The position numbers and the translations under genes were made by a program. From Leucoraja erinacea (lineage: Eukaryota): a stretch of 64,000 bases of DNA. Position 1 is the first letter of the stretch. Every line of letters starts with the position of its first letter. Of this stretch, positions 14,960 to 28,800 are shown piece after piece. The notes under the pieces were generated by a model that was not told where the DNA came from, did no database searches, and saw nothing but the letters and a program-made list of their open reading frames with translations. The stretch lies in contig NC_073403.1 of NCBI RefSeq assembly GCF_028641065.1, forward strand, positions 19,530,001-19,594,000, written 5' to 3'.

Positions 14960-15715
14960 GCGAAGCCAAGCGTAGATTTGGCAACCATTTGGCTGAACAC
15001 TTGCACTCCACCTGCCAAAGTCTAAAGAAGGGTCTCGACCCAAAACATCACTCATTCCTTCTCTCCAGAGATGCTGCCCGTCTCGCTGAGTTATACCAGC
15101 ATTTGCGTCTATCTTCTCTTTAAACCTGCATCTGCAGTTCCTAAACATTTTGTATGCTGAATCTCCCCGTTGCCGACCATTTAAATCCCCTTTCCCATAC
15201 TGAACTCTCTCCTGGTCCTCCTCCATAATGAGGCCACATGCAAGCTGGAGTAACAGCATCTATATTCCTCTAGGGTAACTTACAACCAAATGGTATGAAC
15301 GTTAAATTCTCCAATTTTAGGTCAATAAACCACACCTCACTGCTCGCTTTCCTCCCCCACCCCTTCTTCCCCCTCTTTTCCCTGTGCCCCACCTGGATGC
15401 ACACCTATTTCTCCCTTCCACCTGTTCCATTCCAGCTATATTCCTTAAATAAGCTTTACATTTCATGCCTCTTCTATCCTTATCTCATTTCACACCTTTT
15501 GGCTTTTCAATCAAAACCCCCGCCCCCCCATCCCCCCAACCATGATCAATTTGAAGAAGGGCCCCAACCCAAAACGTTGCCTACCCACTTTAGCCAGAGA
15601 TGCTGAGTAACTTATCCAAATTACTGGAGTAACTCAGCAGATCAGGCAGCATCTTCGGAGAACATTGGTGTTTTGGGTGATGTGTGACGTTTCGGGTCAA
15701 GACCCTTCTTCAGAC
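14960..15715 (+). mobile_element. Degenerate Penelope GIY-YIG fragment with inserted and inverted Penelope tails
   Basis: KRRFGNHLAEHL-like segment near 14965 resumes after a tail insertion (about 15020-15140) as ...KLE*QHL...LQPNGMNVKFSNF. Tail motifs occur at 15551 (+) and 15686-15713 (-). Confidence 0.7.
15686..15713 (-). ncRNA. Minimal hammerhead-ribozyme-like motif in a Penelope tail
   Basis: Minus strand reads CUGAAGA-A-GGGU(CUUG)ACCC-GAAAC-GUC. Confidence 0.5.
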
Positions 15716-16184
15716 CAAATTCTTCAGGGCCCACACTAAAATTGAGGAATGTGTTCAGGAGCCCTTGATAGTTCAATATATCCATTATAAAATGCGAAAC
15801 CACGCAATGTTGCAAATAGACAGTGCTTCATCTTTTCTAAAAGATTACACAAAGAAGTTGGAAGCACAAAAGGAGGAAGACTGACTGAACTTTATTGCCT
15901 TCCATCACAGTGATCACTGTGGTGGATTTTTATATTAAGTTCTATCGTTCTTTTAATTGCGTTGTGTTCTTTTAATTGTATGGCTGCATGGTAACTCTAA
16001 TATCATTGTACCTTAATTGGTGCATGTGACAATAAATGTGAATTTGAATTGCTAGATTAACACAAACTTTAGGATAGGTTCTAATAAGCCTCGTCTTCAT
16101 GACAATTACAATAAATAAAAACCGTGAGCTGTTAATAGATAACTTGAGAAGTATTCACAAAACGTCATCACAACTCCATTCCAA

Positions 16185-17998
16185 AATGCTGCCTGGATTA
16201 GATGGTGTTAGCTACAAGAGGAGGTTTGTCAAATCTAGAGTATCAGAGGCTGAGGGGAGATCCGATAGAAGTATATAAAACTATGAGAGGCATAGATAGG
16301 TAGACAGTCAGAACCTTTTCCCCACGGAGAAATGTCAAAGACTGGAGAGCATGAGTCTAAAGTGAGAGGGCATCCATTTTTTTCAAATGGGTGGAGCTTT
16401 TTAAAAATATATACACAGAATGTGGATATATACACTGGAACACTCGCCCAGGATGGTTGTGGAGGCAGAAACGATAATGGCATTTAGGAGGCTTTTTGAT
16501 AAGCATATGCAGGGAATGGAGGGAAATGGATTCCATGCTACCAGAGGAGATTAGTTTAAACTGGCATCATGTTCAGCATGAATATTGAGCCGAAGGGCTT
16601 CCTGTGCGATATTGTTCTTTGATGCTAGGTCTCTTGAAGACCATTAAGGTGGATAAGTCCCCAAGCACGGATTGGGTCTAGGCGAGGCAAACAAGATTTC
16701 TGGGGCCTTGACAAAGATCTTTGTAGCTTCTCTAACTGCAGGCAGTCTCAGAGAACTTGAGAATACCAATGTTATTTTTCTTTGTGTAAGGTGGGAAATA
16801 GGGGTAATCCAGAAAATTATAGGGTTACAGACAATGAAGGAGATTGTCAAATGATAAAGCAGCATATGGATCAGGTACAGTTATGGGCAGAAAAGAATGG
16901 GAAATGTGTTCAAACATGAGGTGGTGCATTTTAGGGGGTCAAATGTAAGGGGCTATTGTTAATGCCTGGACCCTTAATAGTTTGGGTGACACAGTCGCAC
17001 ACCTGGTAGAGCTGATGCCTCAGTGCCAGAGAACCGGGTTTGATCCTGACCCCGGGTGCTGTCAGTGTGGAGTTGCACATTCTGGAGGAAACCTACATGG
17101 TTACAGGAAGGTGCTCCGTTTTCCTCCCACATCACAAAGATGTGCGGGTCGGTTAGTTAATTGACCTCTGTAAATTGCCCCTAGTGTGTAGCGAGTGGAT
17201 GTGAAAGTGGGTTTCTATAAAACTAGTGTAAACGATGAATGATGGGCATGGACTTAGTGGGCCGAAGGACCTGTTTCCATGCTGTCTCAAAACTAAACTA
17301 AAGCATTGATGTATTTAGGGTCCAAGTCCATAGCTCCCAGAAAGTAGCAATACAAATAGATAAGAATGGTAAAAAAAGGTATAGAGAATGCATGCCTTCG
17401 TAGGTTGGGGCATTAAGAATCAGGGTCAGGAAGTCATCTTACAGCTTTATGAAACTTTAGTTTACATTTGGAGTATTGTGTGCAATTCTGGTCACCTTGT
17501 CACAGGAAAGATATGAAGGCTTTGAAGAGGGTGCAGAATTTTTCCAGAAAGATGTCTGGATTAGAGAATATTAGCTATCAAGGACAGGCGGGACCAATCT
17601 GGATTGTTTTCCCTGGAGCGTAGGCTGGGGGAAGTTTGCTAAAGTTATGAGAGGCATAGAGTTTGGATTGAAATTCAAACCTTTTCCCCAGGGTGGAAAT
17701 ATCAAATACTAGATTTAGTATTTTGGGCGTAGCTTTAAGATGATGGGCAAAGTTTAAAGGAAATACAAGAGCCTTTTTTTAAACGACAGCTGTGGGTGCC
17801 AGAACACACTGCCACGGTGATGGTTGAAGCTAATACGACACTAGTGTTTAAAAGGCTTTTGGATTAGCACATGATAATACATGGAATAAAGAGATATGAA
17901 GCAAAGGAAGAAGGGATTAGTTAAATATGGCATCATGTTCCACATAGATATTGTGGGCCGAACGGCCTGATTATGTGCCATACGATTCTATGCTCTGT
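16185..17998 (+). mobile_element. Cluster of CR1 fragments with a nested SINE (16984-17301)
   Basis: RLRGDxIEVYK and HLEYCVQFWSP remnants with gggccgaa tails. The host sequence ggacccttaatag|cattgatg rejoins across the SINE. Confidence 0.7.
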
Positions 17999-18060
17999 AC
18001 TCTTGGTCAAATATTACATTAAATTGAACTAAACCGTTCATAATTTCTATATTATTGTTA

Positions 18061-18100
18061 TTGTAGTGAAATGAGGCACATCTGCCTCATTTCACTACAA
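18061..18100. repeat. Perfect 18-bp-arm hairpin
   Basis: ttgtagtgaaatgaggca-catc-tgcctcatttcactacaa. Confidence 0.9.
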
Positions 18101-19329
18101 AGACTACTTATTTTCTCTGCAATATCACCACCATGTGTGCCAAACCGTGCCTCATTAGCCAACATTCATGATGTTCCTGACATCTTCCCACCCTGATCAT
18201 TGATTCGAGCATCAGCAGCTCAACTTAAAAATTCCTAACTCCAAGATCAATTCCCTGTATGGGTCACATATTTCAGACTACACTCCCCTTAATCGTCCAA
18301 ACTTACAAGAAACACACATTTTTTTTAACCCTGGATATTTATGAATTCCGTTACGCAACATAATAAATAATTTCTGTTGTATCCTACCTAAAAGATCACC
18401 TTGCTTTCCTCCTATAAAAGTCCTCAAATTCTCTCTTTTACAAAGCTTTTGGTCAACTACAATTCAGCATTGCCTATTTTTTCCACATAAACTCAAATTG
18501 TCAGATTGAATGAATGCAAGTTATTATTTTGAAATTCTACGTAATTGTGTACTCTTCATCCAGCTGCAAGTTAAACTGTAAATTTAAAACACCTATACTT
18601 CAATACCAGTAGTCATTGTATGTTAACATCAAGTGTAAACCTACGCATTTGGTCCAATGTAAATACTTTTACGTTGCATTTTAAATAATTTTACAAACCT
18701 GAAGCTACAGCTTTACTCAACTGAGCAAGAACAACTTACTCGCTGTAAAATATGGAAGATACTCTCCCCAAAATACACATTACCTTCACACCAATCCACC
18801 TTTAACGAGTTTCAATACCTTTCAAGATTAAAACGATCATTCGCTTACTCTGCGACATTTGCGTTATGACTTATCCATTTGCCGGAATGTAATAGCAAAC
18901 AGAAACCAAAACGGCGTACTCAAGCTTTAACCTATCCATGGTAACCACATTAGCAGTTTACCATCCTTACTCGGATGCAGCCTCACGCTGCCAAGACACC
19001 GTATGATCAAAGATTTTAAAAACATAGAATTTAGGGATTAATATCTGCCGTCGCGTAACAGTTGTTAGATTACAGTGCCACATAAAGGATTTTTCATACA
19101 ATGAGCAACCAACAGGGCCATGATGCAACCAAGGAACTGCCAAATAGTGGCTACTCAATCTCACCTTGTGCCAGATAGCGCACTGACAACTGTAAAATGA
19201 AAGACTACATTCAGGTTGGAAGGATGACAAGGAGGACATGTGACTGCGGGCGTGTTTAGATCGGGTTAAATACAACAGGAGGGGAGCTGAAGCGTGATTC
19301 TAGTTTCTACGGTAGCACACTATTTGGCA

Positions 19330-19825
<496 letters not shown>

Positions 19826-19905
19826 TCAGGAGGACGGTGGAATACTCTGCACCAATGCAACTCCAGAGGACAAAGCACATGCACAGATGAGACCTCAATC
19901 TGTAC

Positions 19906-19943
19906 CAAAGATCCTATAGCAGAGCTCTGCTATAGGATCTTTG
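19906..19943. mobile_element. 38-bp perfect palindrome with 8-bp TSD (hAT-type micro-MITE)
   Basis: caaagatcctatagcagagctctgctataggatctttg flanked by atctgtac on both sides. Confidence 0.75.
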
Positions 19944-21294
19944 ATCTGTACCATCCACAAGGTGCACCACACAGCAACTCACTTTGGTAGCATCTCACAC
20001 CCATGACCTTCACCAACCAGGACAAGGGCAGCAAGCACATGGAGAAACAAAATCACAGAGTGTAGAAATAAGGAACTGCAGATGCTGGTTTACAATCTCC
20101 ATTTCACCACCTGTAATTGAAATAACATTAGATTAATTTGCTAATTAATTAAATATATATTTAATTATATGTTTGGTTACTATTTGAAATAACAAAATTT
20201 GAAATTACACTACTCTGGAGAAAAGTTTGTGTTTTTATATGCAAAGATATCCTGAGAGGTATCACAGCTTTTAAAGTCTGAAGACTGGTCCGGACCAGAA
20301 ATGTCTCCTATCTATGTTCTCCAGCGATGCTGCCTGTTGAGTTACTCCAGCTCTTTGTGTCCACAGCCTTAAAAGTTGTTTGATAATTGAATCAGTTTTG
20401 TAATTTGAGAGGTACAGCGACCAATTTACAGATAGACATTTTCAACAACAGCCTATTCCTCCCTTTCCTCCAACATTTCCACCAGCATTAACTAATAAAC
20501 TTGACTTGACTTAACATTCACTATGTTTTAATACATGTGTTTGTTAATGTTCTCTACACTGCAGTTTGTACAATTACAATTGAACTATTTAGTTTTTTTA
20601 GTTATTCAATCACAGGATCTGAGTATTGTGACAAGAATACTGTGTCCTACACATCCCCTAAAGGAGTTTAAATAGATGGTGTACTACCTTATTGAACCTC
20701 TGCAGTCCATACACTGAATGTATTCTCGCAGTGCTTTTGGGTACAAAGTAACAAGATGGTCACCCATTACGATGAAGGAACAATAATATTTACAGAATAG
20801 AAACAGAAAATTGTTTCCATGTATTTGTTGCCATCTTTCTCTGGAGATCATGTGTGGGTGCTACCAAAATAAGTCACGGTGTGTAACTCCAGTTCATCTT
20901 GAAAATGGTCACATTTGCGCCTTGGCAATGGTGGTAGGAATGAAGTGTTTTATCCTGAATGGTATTACATGTCATGAGTTTTGCTGGAGCATTTATGAAT
21001 GTGGAGTAAGTTCCATCTCATTCCTGCATTGAGTCCTATTGAAGATAGAAGAGCTTTGGAGATCTTGAAATGTCATTGCCACAGAATTCCTCACCTCTGT
21101 CCTAGTATCCACTGTATTTACGTCGCATATTTGCTGCTCTTTGAACGCCTTTAAAATTAAGTTATTCATCATACAATTGGAACATTTTCTTGGAATTTAT
21201 CCTACGTGACAGAATTTTGTCAAACAATATTATATAAACAATACATATAAAACCACATTCTAGACCATTTTAAGATAAACAGACAATCCAACCA

Positions 21295-21435
21295 NNNNNN
21301 NNNNNNNNNNNNNNNNNNNNNNNNNNNNNNNNNNNNNNNNNNNNNNNNNNNNNNNNNNNNNNNNNNNNNNNNNNNNNNNNNNNNNNNNNNNNNNNNNNNN
21401 NNNNNNNNNNNNNNNNNNNNNNNNNNNNNNNNNNN
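21295..21435. other. Assembly gap
   Basis: Run of N. Confidence 0.99.
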
Positions 21436-21599
21436 ATTGCACAATACTGTGCAACAAAATTCCATTGCATCTCCTCCGGTTAAAAAATACAAACACGACA
21501 ACCATTGACACATATGTACACTTATTAGTAAAAATAATAAATAAGTATTTAATAAGAATTTTAAAAGAATGTTGCATTTCTTGGAATTACATTTTGCTT

Positions 21600-22075
21600 C
21601 CCCAGTGTTCTCTGTTGGAATTAAGCTCTTTTATCGCACATGGGTAGAAACTATTTTTTAGTCTACCGGTGAGCCTTCAGAGACCTGAATCGCCTCCCAG
21701 AGGGTAACAGAGTGAAAAGGTGGTTGGCAGGGTGGGATGTGTCCTGCTTGATGTTTGTGGCCCGGCGCAAGCATCGGGCCCTGTATATATCATCCAAGGA
21801 GGGCAGTTGAGCGTTTGTAATGCTCTGTGCAGTTTTTATAACTCTCTGCAGTGCCCTCCTCTCAGCCACAGTGCAGCTAGCAAACCACACCAGGATGCCA
21901 TAGGAGAGGATACTTTCCACGGCGCATCGGTAGAAGGACAGCAGCAGCGGCTGTGAGACGTTTGCTCTCCGCAGAGACATCAGGAAATACAGCTGCTGCT
22001 GTGGCTTCTTCACGAGAGTGACGGTGTTCATTTGCCATTTGAGGTCCTGGGAGATGTTTATTCCCAGGAACAAAG
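21600..22075 (-). mobile_element. Rex1/Babar-type LINE RT C-terminal fragment
   Basis: FLGINISQDLKW...KKPQQQLYFLMSLRR...FYRCAVESILSYGILVWF...LQRVIKTAQ...DTSHPANHLFTLLPSGRR, then RLKNSFYP in a shifted frame. Confidence 0.85.
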
Positions 22076-22297
22076 CCAGTGACTCTCTCTGATGAAGAAA
22101 GAGTTTAACATGAACAATCATTTGTATTAAATATGAATACAGTAAGTTGGAGGACAATGAAAGTTCAAGTTTTAATTAAAGTGTGGAGTAACTCAAAGGG
22201 TCAGACAGCATCTGTGGAGGGAATGGATAGGTGATGCTTTGAGTTGGGACCCTTCTTCAGACTTGTGGAATAGGGGGAGAAAGCTGGAAAGGGGAGG

Positions 22298-23070
22298 GTA
22301 CACAAAAATGCTGGAGAAACTCAGCGGGTGCAGCAGCATGTATGGAGCGAAGGAAATAGGCAACGTATCGGGCCGAAACCCTTCTTCAGACTGATAGGGG
22401 GTGGCGGGGAGAAGGAAGGAAAAAGGAGGAAGAGGAGCCCGAGGGCTGAGGGAAGGGAGGAGACAGCCCGAGGGCTGAGGAAGGGGAGGAGACAGCAAGG
22501 GCTAACAAAATTGGGAGAATTCAATGTTCATGCCCGCAGGATGCAGACTCCCCAAGCGAAATATGAGGTGCTGTTCCTCCAATTTCCGGTGTTGCTCACT
22601 CTGGCCATGGAGGAGACCCAGGAAAGAGAGGTCGGACAGGGAATGGGAGGGGGAGTTGAAGTGCTGAGCCACCGGGAGGTCAGGTAGGTTCTTGCAGACC
22701 GAGCGGAGGTCTTCGGCGAAACGATCGCCCAACCTCCGCTTAGTCTCACCGATGTAGATCAGCTGACATCTAGAGCAGCGGATGCAGTAGATGAGATTGG
22801 GAGATACAGGTGAACCTCTGTCGCACCTGGAACGACTGCTTGGATCCTTGAATGGAGTCGATGGGGGAGGTAAAGGGACAGGTGTTGCATTTCTTGCGGT
22901 TGCAACGGAAAGTGTCCGGGGAGGGGGTAGTATGGGAGGGAAGGGAAGAATTGACAAGGGAGTTGCGGAAGGAGCGGTCTTTGCGGAAGGCAGCCATGGG
23001 GAAGATGTGGCGAGCGGTGGGGTCACGTTGGAGGTGGCGAAACTGACAGAGGATTACTTGTTGTATGTTG
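22298..23070 (-). mobile_element. Penelope-like element 3' part (GIY-YIG endonuclease plus tail), nested in an older Penelope tail
   Basis: NLIYCIRCSRCQLIYIGETKRRLGDRF...VAQHFNSPSHS...EQHLIFRLGSLHPAGMNIEF, an upstream Cys-rich linker (CNRKKCNTCP), and a tail with a CTGAAGAAGGG...GAxACG motif. Confidence 0.88.
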
Positions 23071-24454
23071 TATGGAAAGGAGAGGTGCAGGCTTGATTAA
23101 GCCTGGTAAGTGATAGATGGATACAGATGAGGGGGGTTTGATTGGAAGATGAATGGTGTAAGTGACAAATGCTGGAGATCAAAAGGGTGTCAAATGAGGA
23201 AAGAAGAGGAATGACATGTAAAGTTGGAGGGAGGACATAGGTGGAGGAGGACAGAGCTTTATCCCCTCCACTACAATCACTGATAAAGGGCCAGGCCTGA
23301 AACGTTACCAGGGCATTCCTTCAACAAATGCTGACTGTCTCTCTGAAATACTCCATCACTTTGTATTTTTCTCAAGATTCTGGCATCTGCAGTTCCTTGT
23401 GCCTACAAATTTTTACAGTTTTGTCCCATTTAACTTATGGATTCAAGAATTAACATTTACTATAAACACAGTTACTTCAGACGGAGACCAAATATATCAG
23501 CATATGACTGGCACAATAGCACAGTTATTTGAGCTGCTGTCTTGCAGCTCTACAGACCCAAGTTCAATGCTGATCTCCAGTGCTGTCTGTCCTCCCACAA
23601 TCCCAAAATAATGCGATGGGTTAATTAACTGTGGTGCATTGCACCTAACGTGTAGGTGAGGGATAAAACCTGGGAAAAGTAAACTTGAACTTGGGGAGAA
23701 TAAAATTGGATCGGTGTGGTGTTCGGGTAAATAGGTAATTGATGACCAATGTGCACTCTGTCCAAAAGGACGTGTTTTTATGCTATGTGACTACATTTTA
23801 ATCACTATCAAGCTCTGAAAGACTTCTCCTTCCCGTGGAACAGCGGAAGAAATTAGGCCGAGATAATGCCTGTTAATCTTATTTATATCATGTGCTCAGC
23901 TAAACTCTATTGTAGCTATGAATCACAGTCATTTGCATATTGCATGTTTATGTAAACAATTAAATTCCTATGTTAAACAAATATAATTATTTACACTGCT
24001 AAAGTAGTAAAGGAATGTAATTTAAAAAATGAACCTTATTCCCCAATATCTCACAGTGTGAAGAAAAGGACCTTGTATTTTCTGCATGTGTAAAACCAGA
24101 CATACGCCGTCAGGAGGCAGATCATATTTTCACTGTAACAGATATTGCCTATAATGAACTAAGATCATTGGAACATTGCATACAAAGTGTCTCCATTTAT
24201 TGCAATCATTTATCAGCTCCACTGTCAGCTCACTGTTCACCTATCAATTGAATCACGTCAGATGCTTCAACTCTGAACCTCTTGCAAATGTCCTTGCTAA
24301 ACATAAGCCTCTTCCAGCATATGAAAGTATTTTTATCCTGCAAAGGCATCAATGAAATTACAGTTATTTTTAGTTATTTGTGCTTAAGGAACAATTTAAG
24401 GAACCACTGGCCGACACCTCTCCAAAGTTTCTAATTAGAAGTTTCACATTTTTC

Positions 24455-24818
24455 TCTGGAATGTGAGATGTTGAGGGGAGACTTGATAGAAGTATATAAA
24501 ATTATGAGAGGCATAAATACGGTGGACAATCAGAACCTTTTTCCCAAGGTGGAAATGTCCAACACTAGAGGGTATAACTTTAAGTTGAGAGGCAGAAACT
24601 TTAATGGTGGTGTGCAGGGCAATTTTTTTACACAGAGAATAGTGGGAACGCATTGCCAGGCATGGTAGTGGAGGTACAATAGTGGCATTTAAAAGGCTTT
24701 TAGACAGGCACAGGGCTGTGCAGAGAATATGGATCATGTGCAGGCAGCTGAGATCAGTTTAACTTGACATCAAGTTCGGCACAAATGGTCCATCCCTGTG
24801 CTGTACTGATCTATGTTT
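24455..24818 (+). mobile_element. CR1 3' fragment
   Basis: LRGDLIEVYKIMRGI...NLFPKVEMSNTRG...FFTQRIVG. Confidence 0.75.
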
Positions 24819-26284
24819 AATGTTTTTAAAAGATCATTGCTCATAAGTATCTCTGTCACTTTTGTCCGCACCTGGTTTCTGAAAGCATGAGGGCCATTTC
24901 ATGGAGAAGCTGAAGAGAAGGTCATGCCTCCACTTCTCTTCCACAGCATTCGGCTTCTCTAGCACATGACTACAATTGCTCTTTCTTTTCTTACTAAAAT
25001 ATGTAACTTCTCACATTTTAACAATGTATTGCATCTGCCACGCGTTATCTCAATCTCCAGTGATCTAGCATACATCCACATTTAATAAAGTCTTGATAAT
25101 CTGCTGCATCATTTCCCAAAGGCTCTTGAAATAAATTATACTGAGTCCTTGCACTTTGTCTTTTTAACCAAACCAATATACCTGAATTTTCATTTTATCT
25201 AACACCTAGTCCTTCCCCACTAAATAATTCATCTTCTCTTCAATTTCCAATTTTATCATGAAGGCAAATATTACACAACTATAAAATATCTCTGCCACTT
25301 ATGCTCAATTTTACCAGCTCCATTGATATAAGATGGTATAAGTTGCTTTTGTGGGATTCAGATTATTTTCCTTCTACATAACATCACATTCTTCTTGAAA
25401 TCATTTTTCTTACCTTTTCACATTATCCTATTTGTCATCTTTGCTTGTGCATAATACCTACAGCTTTATAGTACCTCTTCACTTAGAATCGGTTTCTAAC
25501 AATGCTGCCTGCACTGGTGAGGACTCGGAGGGAGTGGAGTGGAGTGCCGTGAGTGCAGTGATCAGTGTTTTTGCAGGGACATGGTTCTATGAGGATATCC
25601 GGAATCTTGTGTGAATGTAGACGGCTTTCTGATTGTTTGGGTGGACAGGGACTGCAGAGAGAGTGACAGCTGTCAGTACAACTCTCGTCACATAACGGTG
25701 AAGGCCCGAACATTGTGGCCCGAACATTGAATTGATGGCTGTGGGTCTCCTTCTTATGCCGTGTGCCTAGGGGATTCTCACATGTCGCTGTGGTAACTGT
25801 TAGTATATGTTTAATCTGTATTATGCACTGTAGTTATGTATCTTGTTGCTTTTTTTGTATGACGGTATGGTAAATCAAATTTCACTGTACCTCGGTACAT
25901 GTAACAATAAAAGACCGTTGAACCATTGACATTAAAACACAGAAATTGGCCCTTTGATCCATTGAGCATGCACCACTAATCAAGCAAGCATTTTTACATT
26001 AAGCATCCTCTGATCCATTTTATTCTCACATTCCTAACAACCCTCTCCTCCCCTACATTTTCCTATTCATTCTCCTTATTGGAGGCAGATTACCGTGGTG
26101 GATTAACCTATTAACCCTTACATTTTTGGACGTAGAAAGAAACAAGCATCCAGAAGAAGCCTCGCTATCACATGGAGAACAAGCAAACTTTACACAGAGA
26201 GCACCAGAGTTCAGTACTTAAACTTGACTAGAGGTGTGAGACAGCAGACCTATTAGTTGTGCCACTCTGCCAGAGTTCACTGGT

Positions 26285-26955
26285 GAAGGTAAACATGCAG
26301 GTACAGCAGGCAGTGAAGAAAGCAAGTGGCATGTTGGCCTTCATTGCGAGATGATTTGAGTTTAGGAGCAAGTTGGTCCTAGTGCAGTTGTACAGGGCCC
26401 TGATGAGACCGCACCTGTAGTATTGTGTACAATTTTGGTCTCCTAATTTGAGGAAGGACATTATTGCTATTGAGGGAGTGCAGCAGGTGAATTCCTGGGA
26501 TGGAGAGACTGACATATGATGAAAGAATGGGTTGACTGGGCTTGATTTCACTGGAAATTAGAAGGATGAGAGGCAATCTTATGGAAACATGACATTCTTA
26601 AAGGATTGGACAGGCTAGATGCAAGAAAATTGTTCCCAATGTTGGTGGTCCAGAACCAGGGGTCGCAGTTTAAGAATAAGGGATATGCCCTTTCGGACTG
26701 AGATGAGGAAAACTACTTTACCCAGAGAGTTGTGAATCTGTGGAATTCTCTGCCACAAAAGGCAGTGGAGGCCAATTCACTGAATGTTTTCAAGAGAGAG
26801 TTAGATTTAGCTCTCAGGGCTAAAGGAATCTAGGGATATAGGGAAAAAGCAGGAACGGGGTACTGATTTTAGATGATCAGCCATGATCATATTGAATGGC
26901 AGTGCTAGCTCGAAGGGCCGAATAGCTATTTCTGCACCTATATTTCTATGTTTCT
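26285..26955 (+). mobile_element. CR1 LINE 3' fragment
   Basis: QQAVKKA...LYRAL.RPHL.YCVQFWSP...FTQRVVNLWNSLP, then the gggccgaa...tttctatg tail. Confidence 0.85.
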
Positions 26956-27010
26956 AAGGATCAGAATATATATGCTGTTTAGGAAGGAACTGCAGATCCT
27001 GGTTTAAACC

Positions 27011-27152
27011 CAAGATAGACACAAGCTGGAGTAACTCAGACAGCATCTCTGGAGAAAAGGAATAGGTGACGTTTCAGGACTCGACCCAAAACGTCACCTA
27101 TTCCTTTTCTCCAGAGATGCAGTCTGAGTTACTCCAGCTTGGGTCTATCTTG
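27011..27152. repeat. Fold-back of two Penelope tails
   Basis: 64-bp arms, 62/64 identical, with a 14-nt loop. Confidence 0.85.
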
Positions 27153-28800
27153 AGTTACTCTAGCTTTTTGTGTCTATCTTCAGAATATATACCACTGGAT
27201 ATACAATTAGATATTTATTTTTGTTCTTATTTTTCTACTATACGTTGTGTCAATAGCCAACTTCATAGTCTATGGACCTAGTGCTGGTAAAAGAGACTAG
27301 TACATATTAGTACGATTATTGGCATGAACAGTGGCTGAAAGGCATATTCTGTTTTGTATCAACTCTGTAAGTCGATAACACCCATGCTTATGGCCCATTT
27401 CCAAGACATGGATCATAGGCACCAGCTAGACCCTTGTCAATATCAAACACAAAATATTGGAAATGCTGTAAATATGAAATTTAAAACATTGAGACTCAAG
27501 AAATTGCAGATGCTGGAATCTTGGGCAAAACTTTACATTTTCCAATTTTAGTTTACATTTTTGTCTACATTTGGATTCACACCCATTTCGCCCCATCTCC
27601 CTCCCATTCCTTTCTCAAGCTTCTTAATATTCACGAATATTCCTTCCTGCAGTTTCTCAATCTTACTTCTTCTAACCATATCTCACAGGGAGGAGGGGTC
27701 GGGGGCTTCACCCGGCCCCGCTCCACCCGGCCCCGGCCCCGTATGTGGGCGCTGCCGACCCACAGCCCGACAATGCGGCCCGCAGAAGGAGACGGGGCGG
27801 AGGGCAGCTGTGGCCGGACAGCGCTGATCCCGGGGGGGGAAAATGGGGGCTGTCCCGAGGGATGCGCTCCTTCGACACCTTGGTGCTCGGGTTCAGAGCA
27901 AAGACACTAGAGCATTTGGTTCTGAGCGCTCAGTCACCCCAAAATAATAACCCCACAACATTGCAATCAAATGGCTCTGACTTTGAGTTTGTTTGATATA
28001 GCGAAGGCTTATCGAGATGATGCTGTCTGGATGAATGCTGCTATTAGTCGCGGATTGTAAAAGGCTCTACATCATGAGATAATACCAGTTAAAACCTGAT
28101 ACCTTCCCGCATTCAATGACAGCACCCACAATTATTTACATGGCAAAAAATAACAATTTCGGTGGTTTTTAACAGGTAAGGAAGTACATGTTTCGTGTGT
28201 TAACAGTGTGCCGAGGCCGCCATGTCCTCCACATGGATTGAGCTGCTCTATGCGTCACGCCCTTTGACCCGATGACCTTACGTGCAAACCCTCTACACTT
28301 GCCAGACTTTGTCCTGCCCTTCCAGCTTTCTTCCCACCCACCCCACCACAATCTGTCTGAAGGGTCCCAACCACAAGCGTCACCTATCCATGTTCTCCAG
28401 AGATTCCGCCTGACCCGCTGAGTTACTCCAGCACTTTGTGCCTTTTATTTTTGAAAACAAGCACCTGCAGTTCCTTGTATCTCATCTTCAACTTGTCTGC
28501 AGGTTTCACTGCTGAAAACATATTGAGACATTTCACGGAAGTATCTCACTCGTCCAAGAAGCGACATCAACAGCGACTTTAGCGTCGAGAGGTTGAAACT
28601 TCAAGCGGTTTATGATTTTGCCTTGACTGCAATCGCAGTATGAAAGGCGAAGTTTGTCACCGTTGGTTTACTGTCCGACGAGGCTGGGGAAGCGAATGCA
28701 AGGGTTTGGGGCAGATTACAGAGGCATTGAGCCACCCGGTGGCTCACGGAGAGGAGGGTTCTCTGCTGCCGGGACACGCACACGGGGCTGGCTGTGAGCG

